DNA of 63,673 bases, filler included, from Intoshia linei (lineage: Eukaryota > Animalia > Orthonectida), in NCBI GenBank assembly GCA_001642005.1. It is 7 parts of 7 records of this genome, joined end to end, with 100 filler letters (N's around TTAATTAATTAA, not from the genome) between each part and the next. Parts side by side here need not be neighbours in the genome. Positions count along the whole stretch, not along the records: positions 1 to 25,694 come from LWCA01000501.1; 6 more parts are not named here. One strand, written 5' to 3'. Shown piece after piece: positions 13,637-25,794 of the stretch. The notes under the pieces are model-generated. The model worked only from the letters and a program-made list of their open reading frames with translations, did not search any database and was not told the origin of the DNA. The translations under genes and the position numbers were made by a program. Within the stretch, counting starts at the first letter, position 1; each line of letters starts with the position of its first letter.

Positions 13637-15744
13637 ATGGCTGACCAAAGTATTATTTGATTTGCTTAGTTTGTAAACATATTTTTAGCGTTAGAAAATA
13701 AATTGTCACTAGTATGTGGCCACTTAGCGTAATTTCATTAATTATTAAATTATTAATGCTTTCATGTAATTTTTATAATTTAGTTACTCATTGGGATATT
13801 CCATTTCGCATCCATGTTTATCTTTGCAAAAAAGATGTCAGGTTCTAAATACTTATACAAATTAAAAACTTTTACTTTAAATAGGTGAATGTGTTCGCCA
13901 AAAACTACCATTTATCTCCAGTCTCCTTTTTATCCGAATTATTTCACATTAAAGGCAGAAAGGTAATATTGAAAATTTTAATCCTGAAAATGTCAAGTGG
14001 GCGGCAAGATGCTTTGCTTATTTTTTTTACTGTTTTTAGCTTTTTCATGTCTGGAAAGGAAATTCTAATTATCTTATTTATATTACAGCTTATTCTCTCT
14101 CTTTTGAATTAATAGACGATTCTTTTCCCACAAATTTAGAAAATGATCAAGTGTTTATTTATATTTTTTATATCATTATTTAATCTTAGAAAGAATCTAT
14201 TAACGCATTGTAAAAAAACCTTACTTAAAATGTAATTTTAATTTCATTAATAACATTCTCGTGTATCTAATTTAATTGATTTAATTTTTTGGTATTATAT
14301 TCAAATATTTAGATCCACATTGTCTATTCTGTGTCCTTTCTATGTGACATACCTTCTTGATAGTATTGAGGTACTGTATTTTAATCTTGGTTGTCTACTT
14401 AAATCAAACTATTTTTACTAAAAGTTAAAATTTACCAATTCTTTAGAGAAAATTGCACTTAAAACAACTCTAAAAGGGAAAAATCCAGTTTCAACAACCC
14501 TTTAGGGAAAATTGCAGTTTTACCAACCATAAAAGGGAAAAATCTAGTTCTACCAATCTTAAAATAGAAAAATCTAGTTTTAACAACCCTATAGGGAAAA
14601 TTTCATTTTTACCAACCCTTTAGGGAAAATTGCACTTTTGACAACCCTAACAGAGAAAAATCTAGTTTTACCAACCCTATATAGAAAAATCCAGTTTTAA
14701 CACACCCTGTAGGGAAAATTGCAGTTTTAGCAACTCTAAAAGGGAAAAATCTAGTTTTACCAACCATAAAACGAAAAATCCAGTTCTACCAACCCTATAA
14801 CGAAAAATCTAGTTATACCAAACTTACAAGGAAAATTCCAGTTTTACCAACTAAAAAGTAAAAGTGGAATTTTACCTAAAAAGTTTGTAAAGTGGGTTTG
14901 TTCCTTAAGGGTTGGTAAAATTGAAATTTTCACTTGGGGTTTGTGCAAATGAATTTTTCCTTAAGGGGTTTGTAAAAGTGGATTAATTCATTAAAGGTTA
15001 GTAAAACTAAAATTTTCTCTTAAAGGTTGATTTTTAGTAAAAATGGTTTGGTTTAAGAATGGTCTCTTTAATATTTAATATGTTTGAAGCATATTTAAGT
15101 TTCATAACAAAATTTAGAGTAATTTAACTAGCGAAGGAATAGATTTGAAAAACTACGTCAAATTAAGCATTTCCAGATTAGCATACCTTACATCAAATTG
15201 TTTTTCCCAATTGGGAATGCTGACAATCGTGCCTACATTTGTTGTTTACAATACGATGCATATTACCATAACCAGTTTATTAAACAGTTTGATCCAAAAA
15301 AATACAAATCAAGTAAATCTTACTTTATAAATTATAATTGAATTTTTATAGAAAAAATCAAAATTGTTTCATGAAATTGTCAAAAATACGGCAATAACGT
15401 GTTTATCAAGTCTATTTGCCGACTTTTTACTATACCCAATAGAAACTATTATGCATCGATTAATGATTCAAGGTACAAGGTGTATTATTGATAATACGGA
15501 AAATTCTGTACCGTATCTGATTCCAATTGTTTCTAAATATACTGGATTTTTGGATTGTTACAATAATATTCTTGCTAATGAAGGAATTGCTGGATTTTAT
15601 CGAGGATTAGGTGGTGTTTTTTCTCGATCAATATTTTTATTTTTTATTGCTAGAATAGCCATCAATTTGGCTCTAAATGTCGATTTTGATAATATTGGTG
15701 AATGTAATTTTGACAATTTTTTAAAAAAATTTGATTTAAAATGA
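13637..15744 (+). CDS. SLC25A46: Mitochondrial outer-membrane carrier-family protein SLC25A46 (Ugo1-like)
   Basis: ATG at 13637 splices in frame (MADQ|TLENKLSLVCGHL|AYSLGYSISHPCLSLQKRCQ|VNVFAKNYHLSP). The last exon LYPIETIMHRLMIQGTRCIIDNTE...EGIAGFYRGLG is characteristic of SLC25A46. Confidence 0.9.
14389..15066. mobile_element. Mutator/Foldback-like non-autonomous element with ~30-bp tandem subrepeats
   Basis: Imperfect long TIRs. Array of ttttaccaaccctwwagggaaaawtcyag units, inverted in the right arm. 9-bp TSD tttaatctt/tttaatatt. Lies in an SLC25A46 intron. Confidence 0.75.
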
Positions 15745-15851
15745 AAATAAAAAGTAAATTGATCTATTTTCGTTTTGGTCGTTTAACTGGTTGCCTAAAA
15801 GTGGTGAAATAAAGTAAATTTTGTATTTTTCTGTTTAATATTGTGCAAATT

Positions 15852-18800
15852 TTATTCATGTTTTTTGGCTATTTCACGACCAATAATAAGTTTTCGTATT
15901 TCATTCGTTCCAGCACCAATCTCATAAAGTTTAGCGTCTCTCAATAATCGACCACATCTGTATTCGGTTGTATATCCATTTCCACCTAGTTTAAATGAAA
16001 TTAATTGTCATGTTATAAATTATTCCATAAAGCAGAGCTCTTAAGTTTTGGTATACCATTTTGCAATCTACGTCTCACTTCTGGTTATGGATTATAAGGT
16101 TATTAATTGGTTTTTACACGTGCCCAAGCAATTTGGTATTAAGAAGAAAATTTTATCACGTTAATATGTAGAAAAGTGTTTTTCAACCTCAGAAACTTAC
16201 ATCTTCATATTAAAAACCACCAATTACCCTTTATTTAAAAATTAAAGTCCTAGAATTCTATAAAAAATAGTTTTTAAAATCATAAGCCGAATTATCAATT
16301 GAAAACTCAAAAATGATCATTTTCACAAACAAAACCCCGGATTATCTCTTTTTTTAGAAAACGAATAAAGTACATTTAATAGAAGAACAATTTAAATAAC
16401 TACATTTTTAATTGGACACACATACAAGTTGCTAGGGTGGAGCGGTTAAGAAACACCGATATAGAATCAGTAAAAAAATTGTATGTCAAAAGTTAATGGC
16501 TTAAAAGACCATTCAAAACCAATAAGAATCTGAGACAGATATATAATGATAATATTATGTAATAAAATATTTTGTTTGGAAAATGGTCGTTTAAAGGTGA
16601 ACAAATAATATTATTGGCATAAAACTAATATATTTATAATTACCCAATATCTGTATGGCATTTAAAGAAGATTTTACTGCATTTTGAGAAGATACTAATA
16701 TACAACCAGAACAATCCTATATTTTAATTTTAATGTGCATACATATTTCATATGTTCATATTTTTTACGACGTTTGAAATTTCCGAATTATTACTTTTGC
16801 ATATCAAGTCTGAAAATACAGTAGTATCTAAATAATAGTAACCTTTGTGCCAATTTTTACATATCTAAAATGAAAAATCCTCTTGTACCAAATAATTAAA
16901 AACGGATCATGTAATACATAATAGTACATATTGTTAAAAAAATTCTCAAAAAATGATAAGCCTTAGTTTAAACTTTAAACTGAAAGTACATACTATGATA
17001 ATAATTATCTGAATACTTCAAACTGTCAGAAATCAATATTAGATAGTAATAGATTCTAGTCGTGTCGATGATAAATTACTTTTGGGACAATTCTACCATT
17101 ATCCAAAGCTTTTGCAACATTGTAGCTATATGAACGAGAATAACTTAAGCGTACGTACATGTCCGCAATTAATTCTTGAATTAACTAAGTTATTAACAAT
17201 ACATTTTCGGACATACACATACTTGAAAATGAGATATTTTAGAATTAAAGCATTTTCTTTCGTTGGCATAACTGAAGGCTTCATCGCATGCAGATTGCAT
17301 CAATCTAAAGGTTGATCAATTTACAAGTTAATTTATATAATTAACCCTATTGGCCCAGCGCTCAAAACGACTCTTTCAATGTCTAATCCACTGAAAAGTA
17401 CATAAATTCCTTTGTTCACTTTTCCCAACACATTTTCCTCTAAAAAATTAATTGATTCAATTTTCAATACAGTTGGTAATTTTAGACAAACATTAAATTT
17501 TTAAAAGTTTACCAGGTATACTACAATTATCGAAAATTAGTTCACATGTATTTGATCCTCTCATTCCTAATTTTTCAACTTTTTTTCCTATCGAAAATCC
17601 AGGTATATTCTACAAAAACACGCAAATATACTCTAATCATGAGTTAATCGAACCGTTAATTATTTCACATTTTTTGTTTTACTGTTATTATTGTTAATAA
17701 AATATTTCGAAAAAAAAATATGAATATTAAAATGCTTGTTTGACCGTGAAGTCGTCACTTATTCGGATTGAAATTTTCTGTGTGTGTTAACATGATACAA
17801 CTGTACCTACCTGTAAATTTTTTGAAATTCTAGGGCTGTTTTCATAAAAAAAGAAGGGTAATTAAATTCTAGGGCTGTTATTATTAAAAAAAGAAGGGTA
17901 ATTTGTGGTTTTGGCCCTGAAAATATAATTTTTTTAAATTTGAATTTATAATGTTTATGATTTTAAAATCCGTGTCATCGTATATATTTTTTAAATTCTC
18001 CAACTCGTTTGATTATCAAAAAGAGGGACAATTGGGGTTTTTGACTCGTAAGATGTGAGTTTGGAAGGTTGAAATTATTTTTGCGAACACCCCCCGAAAA
18101 AAACTGTAATTAAAATGTGGACTTTATAAAGTTCTAGGACCAGTAGTTATTTATATAAAACTGAAACCGCACAGACAGATAGGCATACAAACAAAAATAG
18201 CGTAGCATATTATATAAGTTAGGATTTGAAGCACAACTTTTGCAAAAAAACAATCAAAAATATAAACTTTTTAACCCACGTATTCCAGTATTGGATTTTT
18301 ATAATCATTTAAAATTTAAATGAATATGTAATATTTAGTGAATAAATTAAATTTCTGATTTACCTTTTCTACAATAAAAGCGGTTACACCATGTTGTGGT
18401 TTTTCCGAATTTGAATCTGTTTTAGCATAGATTACTAAGACATCCGCATCGCTTCCATTAGTTATCCAGAATTTTGTTCCATTCAGAATATAACTTCCAT
18501 CTAATGTAAATTTATTCTTCTCTTGACGTCAAATGCACTATACATTGAGCATTTTTACACGGCCGTGTAAGCTCCTATTGATTCCAAAAAAATTAATAAA
18601 ATTTCAAACCTCGATATTTTGCTCTACATTTCATTGATACTACATCAGATCCAGAATTTACTTCACTCATAGCTAGAGCACCGATATGTTCTCCACTTAT
18701 CAACTAATGACATTACATGTTATGATGATAATTTATGAATGAAAAAGATATTTAATACGTTGTTAATGCAGGGTGCAGCGGCGGATCCAAAAGGCTAGTT

Positions 18801-20051
18801 AATGGGGTGCGATCGAAGAGAGCAATGTATTTAACTTCGCCGAAGGTGAACAAATTCATAAAGCGTCTATTTTAATATTAAGGCGTCTAGTTTGATTCTA
18901 AAGCGTCTCTTATAATTTCATTTAAAGGTTGTTATACAATAGTTTCCAATTTTGTATATTAAAAAATAAAAATTCCAAAAATAAAAAAAATGATCAGCAC
19001 AAAAAAAAGAGAAATTAATTTTGTTTATTAAATAATCCTAAATCAATTAGGTCCCGTCTTCTTGGATGAAGTATTGTAAATTCATTAACCAAAATTAACA
19101 TTATAACATTATAAAACATTAATTTAAAATTTAGGGGTGCAACTTCACCTTCTGCACCCCTTAAATCTTCCCCTGGGGTGGGTGCTATTTTTCACTGAGG
19201 GTAAAATAAAAAACATTAAAATGGCGAGAAAATATTTTTTTTAAAATTAAAATTCGGATTTAAATTCAGTGCACGTATTGGATGACTCGTTGCACATATT
19301 GTTCCCGCTCTAGGTTCCTAACTTTGACATTTGAAAATTTTTGTTGGGCGTTGGATGCACACTTCTGATACATAAAAAGTTGATACAAATCATTTTTTCA
19401 AGTACAACCCAAAATACTTGAAACGGACACATAAAACGGATTTAAATTATTCCAAATTATTACTTTTGGTAAATACTTGTCTTTCTGCTTTTCAGTACCA
19501 TTTCTATTAATTTGATTGACACATAGATTAGAATGAGCACCATAACTTAATCCAATTGAGCCTGAAGCTCGAGAAATTTCTTCCATAACAATAACATGGT
19601 CAATATATTTTCCACCGAGACCGCCATATTTTTCTAAAATTTCAAATTTAAAAAATTATATTATAGTTTAACCTGGAACCGTAATGCCGTTTAACCCCAT
19701 ATCTCCCATTTTCTTCCAAAATTGCTAAATGAAAAGGTTTGTAATACATTGTAATTACATTGTACATTGTAAAAAATATGTTTTGAATACGATTATTATA
19801 AATAATTACTCTAATTTCTTTGAAATTATCTTGAACGTCAATTTCATGAGCTTTAGGTTTCAATTCTTTATTACAAAAATCCCTTACAGATTGACGCAAC
19901 TAGATTAATTGTAATTTTTTTTAAATTATAATTTTACATCTGTTTGATAAGGTGTTAATGAATATAAATTATCATTAAATGTAGATAATCCTACTCGGCA
20001 TTTTGGTATAGTCCAGTTTTTTAAAGTACCAAGTATTCTAATACTTTTCAT
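15852..20051 (-). CDS. IVD: Isovaleryl-CoA dehydrogenase, mitochondrial, multi-exon
   Basis: Exons give [96 protein letters not shown]...[26 protein letters not shown], then TAA at 15852. Confidence 0.95.
17645..18224 (-). mobile_element. Helitron family A copy in an IVD intron
   Basis: Reverse-complement match to the family, ending ...ataagttagGA|t. Confidence 0.75.
18777..19174. mobile_element. Degenerate hAT-like MITE in an IVD intron
   Basis: Ends cagcggcggatcc / aaatcttcccctg, similar to the TIR of 53685-55404. Subterminal ggggtgc motifs. Confidence 0.5.
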
Positions 20052-23000
20052 TTTTAATTTTATTTTTCAAATTCTGTTTCTTAGTAAAATTGATAATGTA
20101 TTATGTTTATAATGTAAATAAAAATAGTCAGTAATTTACATTACCAATGTCCTTGTAACGATTGGTAGATAGGATTTCCATCATAGGAACTCAGATAAGT
20201 TCATCTTAAATAAAAAGATGTCTAAATCGGGATCCGAATTTAGCCACACAGAATACAATTATATAACTATAACCACTCTACCAGTTAGACATCACAAATG
20301 AGTCATATCAAAACTATCTATTCGAATCTCGATTAGTATGATAGCGATATATCACTACAGTCCTAAATACATTTTACGTTTTTATTAATGAAAAAGTAAC
20401 CATTTAATCAGTAATGATAACACTTAACAATACTAGAAAATTTAGTGGCGACTCCACCACTCGAGTCAACCTCGAGTCTATATGTGTTATGTGTGTGTCG
20501 TTATAATTTGAGCATCAGTAAATCACTCTTATTTTAAAAATCCCAACAGTATTTTTTTAACTTCAAAATGATAATTTTTTCATTATAATTTAAATAACGT
20601 AATATTGGTAAATTAATTGGTAGATGAATACCATTCTCATTATGAATTTTGTTGATCCATTTTGAACTTTCATATTCTCATTGTGAAGTTTCAAAGGTTT
20701 AGATACAATGCGTTGCAAAAGCATAAACAAGACTATCTCAACCTTCGATGGATTCGTGTTTCAATGTCTAATATACAAATTTTAAAGCAGGGGTTCCTAA
20801 ACTTTTTACTGTTTTAATCTGTGGCGACTCAAAATTAATAAAAAATTCGACGGAACATCTAGTATTTAAAAAAATTGACTGGGTTTTGCTGGAAGAGTCC
20901 CCAAAAAATATAAACCCAAATGTTTAAACATTATTAAAATCTCTCTCGACTCTAAAAAACGTTTGGTAATTTGTTTGTCATACAAAACACAAAAATCTTG
21001 TGACGCATCTAATTTTTGTCAGGGACTCAATTACTGAGATTGAAATTTGTCTTACTTTCACCCTCGAAAGAAACTGTAATAGAAACGTGGAATTTTTAAA
21101 TTCTAAGCCTCTTAGATATTGAAATAAACAATAATAGACAGGCAGACATATAGACAATGTGTTTTATATAAATTATGTTTATAATTTGAACATAAAATCT
21201 TCTCTGACTTGACATTGAAGTTTCATGAAAATAAAATTAAAAAATTTAATAATAACAAAATATAAATGGAAACATTGTTTAGTAACAAACAATACAAAAA
21301 ATTTATAAAGTAAGGTAAAGATATTGCATTTCAAAAATTATACATTAATGTAAAATGAATAATCAAAAAAATAACAATAATTCGACCAAAATGCGAATAA
21401 ATATAGTACTTAAATCTGTAAACGTATAAATATTTAAAATCTAGCATCAAAATCCCTCAAAGCAGGCTATACAGTTGCAAAATTTATGTAAAAAACGAAT
21501 TATGCACAATAAATTAAATAAAGTGTATTAGTTTTTTTGCAGTCAGTGTATAAGTACATTTAGAGAAAGTGGGAGAAATTCGATTCAAAATGAGGCAAAA
21601 CAACATAGTCTTCTCATTGGAAATTTAAAGTAAAAATATTACTTAAATCATAATATCAATTTTAGACTAGGAAATTAAATTAATTAACATATTGTAAATT
21701 TTAATTTAATTCTTTTTAATTCTTTTTTAATTTTTTTTAAAGATATGATTAGGTATCAGGCAACACATCCCGTTTACAAAATTTCCATTTATTTTTATAA
21801 TGCAAATTTTGTTCTTATAATGATTATATTTTTTTATATTTATATTATGAAAATAGTTTTTATTTTATATTAAATTTTAGAGCTGCAGATTCTCGAAATA
21901 GGATACGGCAGGCCAGATTGAAACTTGAAAATATTATTGTAATTCTAAAAAAAATTAAAGGCGAATTGATTCAAACCGGTGACAAAATTTTGGTTACATT
22001 TTGGGGGTTTTTACTAGCTTCTGTATTTTAATTTAGAATAAGAGGTGGCTAGTTGATAAAATATGATTGAATTCAGAGTATTCATTGTATATTTTTTGAT
22101 ACATATTCATCGCCAACTTGAGCAAATTGTGCGGTCTGATTATTGGGAAAAGCTCAGTTATATTTTTTCTCTTCAGTCAGAAACATATAAAGATAGATAA
22201 AAGTTAAATAAAATTTCAGTTTTATGTAAATAAGAATATAAATAAGTACTTGAGAATAATTGAGAATCTGCCAAATTTTATTCATCAATTTTATAGCTTT
22301 TTTGGCACAAATTAAAACTATTTTTGATAATTAAGACTGCACGCAAATAATTACATTACGCTATGAGTTTTAATGAAAATTAAATATTTGTTGAAATTTA
22401 AATTATTTAAGTTGAAGAGAGTCGTTTAATAATCTTAAAAATCACCCTTAAAAATTGAACATTTTAAACATAATATGGTTTTAGTCCTCAAATTTCAATT
22501 GATTTATAAAGATTTTTTAATATTTATATACAATTTATAAAGCATGAGTTTAATTGAATGTTATGAATTGTGGTGTTAATTAAGTTCAACTGATAATTTC
22601 ATATACTTTGATGATTCCCTGGTTCATATGAACCAATATTGTGGAGACAAAAAAACGTTACATTATAAGGCAAGCGAAATTTTATACAGTCTTATATATG
22701 AAAATCTTGGAAGAATTTTTCTCCCATCTGATATTTATCATAGTCTTTTGGTATATATGGACGAATATATTTAAATCTCTAAATAAAAATAAAAATTACC
22801 TGGGTTCTTAACCTTTTTCCACTTTAATCTTTAGCACCCCTTAATTTAATAAAATCATATTTGCTTATCCAAAATCGAGAATTTATATTGGTGCCCCACT
22901 AGTGGGGCGCCCGCCTCACGTTGCGAATCACTGCTGTAAAGTGATATTTATGAAAAAAATTTCTTGTATCCCAGGCTAAGAACCCATGCTCTAACCTGAC

Positions 23001-23628
23001 ATTATATTATTTATTTATTTTTAAACTAATCAACCCAAAGCAAATTTAACTTATAAATAACTATAATTATTATAATAAACCTTTTAAAATACTTTTTATC
23101 AAAATAGAAATACGAAACTCAACATTTAATATCACTTCAACCGACAGCACAAAAGGCCTTACGATTATGTGGTAATTTTACATTTATTATTAGTTCTCAT
23201 TCGGGTCAGAGCCGAAACCTTCATAAAGTAACATTTTTTAATATCATAACTGTTTTTGTGTCAAATTTAAACTACCAAGTTGGATTTATTGGAAAGGTGA
23301 CCAGAGATATATGATATGTCATTACGAATTGTTTGTAAAAAATTTAGGCTTTTTTTATTAAGTGTCTCATTAAGGTATGTTCGGCACTGTGTCCCAGTTT
23401 ATTTAATACAAGTTTCATTTCAAATAACTACTTTTAGTCATGCTGCCACCTCTGAAAAGAGAAAAAGAATATGAAGATTACCAACCATTGAATAAACTAG
23501 AGGTATTGCATTTCAAAATTTTTTATAGTTTAACTATATTTTTGAACTTTTCAACCTGTAATGAGTTGTAAATAATTAATGAAAATGCAACAATTTTTAT
23601 GTACTGAAAAATATTTGAATAAATAAAA

Positions 23629-24725
23629 TCCTAACCTATATAATATGCTACGCGATTTTTGTTTGTGTGTGTGTAAGTGTGTCCAACTTTATTTAAATAA
23701 TTACCCGTCTTAGAATTTTATAAAGTCCACATTTCAATTACAGTTTTTTCCGGGGGTGTTTGCAAACATAATTTCAACCTCCCAAACTCACATCTTACAG
23801 GTGAAAAACCTTTTTAAAAATCAAACGAGTTGGATAATTTCAAAAAATTTACAGGTGGTACAGTTGTATCCTGTTAACACACATAAAAAATTTCAATCCG
23901 AATAAGTGACGACTTCACGGTCAAAAAAGCATTTTAGTATTCATATATTTTTTTCTGAAATATTTTATTAAAACAAAAAATGTGAAATAATTAACAGTCC
24001 GAAAATTAAAAAAAAAAATTATTCTAATAGAGTTTATTCCAGTTGATATAAATACAAAATTTCAACTTCAGAAATCTATGAGTTCCCGGTGAAAAATAAT
24101 TTTTAATATATTATCAACCAATATTTTTCAAATGTTTCAATTAAAATCAAAAATGTAAATATTGATCCTACAATTTCAAAAAAATGTGCATTGTACGTCT
24201 ACAACATTTCCGTAAAGACATATGGGTGAAAATCTATATAATTCATTCCTTCGTAATTTTTATCATTGCTACGCAATTTTTAAATCTCAATTTTCATTTT
24301 TAAAACATTTTTATTAAAACATTCAAATTTAAATAAGAAACTAAACAACGAAACTAAAAAAACTTTGTTAATATCATTTTTATATTACAATCTTCTACAA
24401 TAGATGTAAAATTCGACTGAAATGTTTATAAAGTGAAAATTCAGTTAATTATTGATACACAATTGGTATTTTTAAGTATTTATTAAATTGGTACTGAATA
24501 TATATCATTACATTGAAAATGACAAAATAGATTTTTATAATTTTATTTTTTCTGGAATTTATGCTATTTTGACAAAATTTTTAATGAGTGTTTTTACTTT
24601 ATTGTTAAGATTATACAACTCATTCTGTCTAATAAATTATTTCTTTAATTTTATTTTTTCTGGAATTTATGCTATTTATGACAATTTTTAGGATTGGACG
24701 TTTTTACTTTACTTTTAATATTATA
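23629..24725 (+). mobile_element. Longest Helitron family A copy (3'-truncated)
   Basis: A|TCctaacctatataatatgctacgcg start. Its end overlaps the start of 33673-33989, which carries the CTAG|T terminus. Confidence 0.8.
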
Positions 24726-24991
24726 CATATGTTAGATCCTTCATACTGTTTTTAAAATTCCCACGTAGGCGGTAGTGTATTAGAAGTAAAGAATATATTG
24801 CCGTCATGTTTTTAACATTTCCACAATGATGTAATTAAGCATTACGTTGTGCATTACGCATAAGCGCGATTAATACGATTTTATTTTAATTTTCTATTCT
24901 GTAAAAGAATATATTGTCTTTAACGATAAAGATCAATAAACGATAATTAACTTGGAACAATTTTATACCTACATTTAATTAATTAAAAAGC

Positions 24992-25631
24992 ATGATAACT
25001 CTTATGAGAATAGCTACTAGGTCTCCTTAGTATAAAAAAAAAAGATTCTACGATGTAATTGATCGATTAAATCACTATTATACGCTAATTATACTGATTG
25101 CCTTTGCATTTACTGTAACGATGCATTCGTATGTCGGGAAGCCAATTATTTTTTGGGCACCAAAGCATTTCACTGGAAGCCATATAAAATATTCAAACAG
25201 TTTTTGTTGGGTTTGAAACACTTATTTCCTCAATTTTCTTGACGCTGTACCGAAGCGAGGTGAGCCAAGAGATTACATTTTATATTACCAATGGATGCCT
25301 TTTGTATTTATGGCTCAAGCTTTATTGTTTTATTTACCAAACCTTTTTTGGAGAAATTTGAATTCAAAGGCAGGAGTTGATTGTGATGATATTTTGCAAA
25401 ATACTTATACGTTTGTAAAACAACGAGACTGAGAAATCTGAAAAATATAGGAGCCTTATTATCACCCAAACTGAGAGATTTTTAACTAAATCCAAAAAAA
25501 TTGACGTTATTAAAGGATTTGTGGAACGATTTAGACAATTTGTATTGTCTCCGATAAACCCCTTTACTTTACTAGCAAATCTTATGGTCATTATCTTTTT
25601 ACAATTTATATAATGACAAAGTGCTTGTACA
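24992..25631 (+). pseudogene. Innexin pseudogene (intronless over this span, disrupted, truncated)
   Basis: DVIDRLNHYYT...YVGKPIIFWAPKHFTGSHIKYSNSFCWV*NTYF...YYQWMPFVFMAQALLFYLPNLFWR, then after frameshifts YGHYLFTIYIMTKCLY. In-frame TAG at 25028 and TGA at 25214, two frameshifts, and the first loop Cys is lost. Confidence 0.9.
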
Positions 25632-25694
25632 TTAGGGTGTCATTTATATTCCCCGTATTGGCATAAGTTGTGTCACATACAATCATTTGAATGT

Positions 25695-25794
25695 NNNNNN
25701 NNNNNNNNNNNNNNNNNNNNNNNNNNNNNNNNNNNNNNTTAATTAATTAANNNNNNNNNNNNNNNNNNNNNNNNNNNNNNNNNNNNNNNNNNNN
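25695..25794. other. Assembly gap spacer (N-run, TTAATTAATTAA, N-run); also at 33573, 47219, 51953, 56981 and 58361
   Basis: The same 100-nt pattern occurs six times, and the 12-mer puts stops in all six frames. Confidence 0.95.

Noticed and set aside
14430-14860. Regular ~30-bp repeats as a CRISPR-like array
   Set aside because: There are no unique spacers, the units are degenerate tandem copies inside a TIR element, and the context is a eukaryotic intron.
25028-25216. In-frame TAG/TGA in innexin as stop-codon reassignment or readthrough
   Set aside because: The stops come with frameshifts and loss of a conserved Cys. Intact genes here end in TAA (IVD), TGA (SLC25A46, Emx-like) and TAG (38267 ORF).
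25695-25794. Recurrent TTAATTAATTAA flanked by Ns as a biological motif
   Set aside because: It is an artificial scaffold linker with six-frame stops, identical at six sites.
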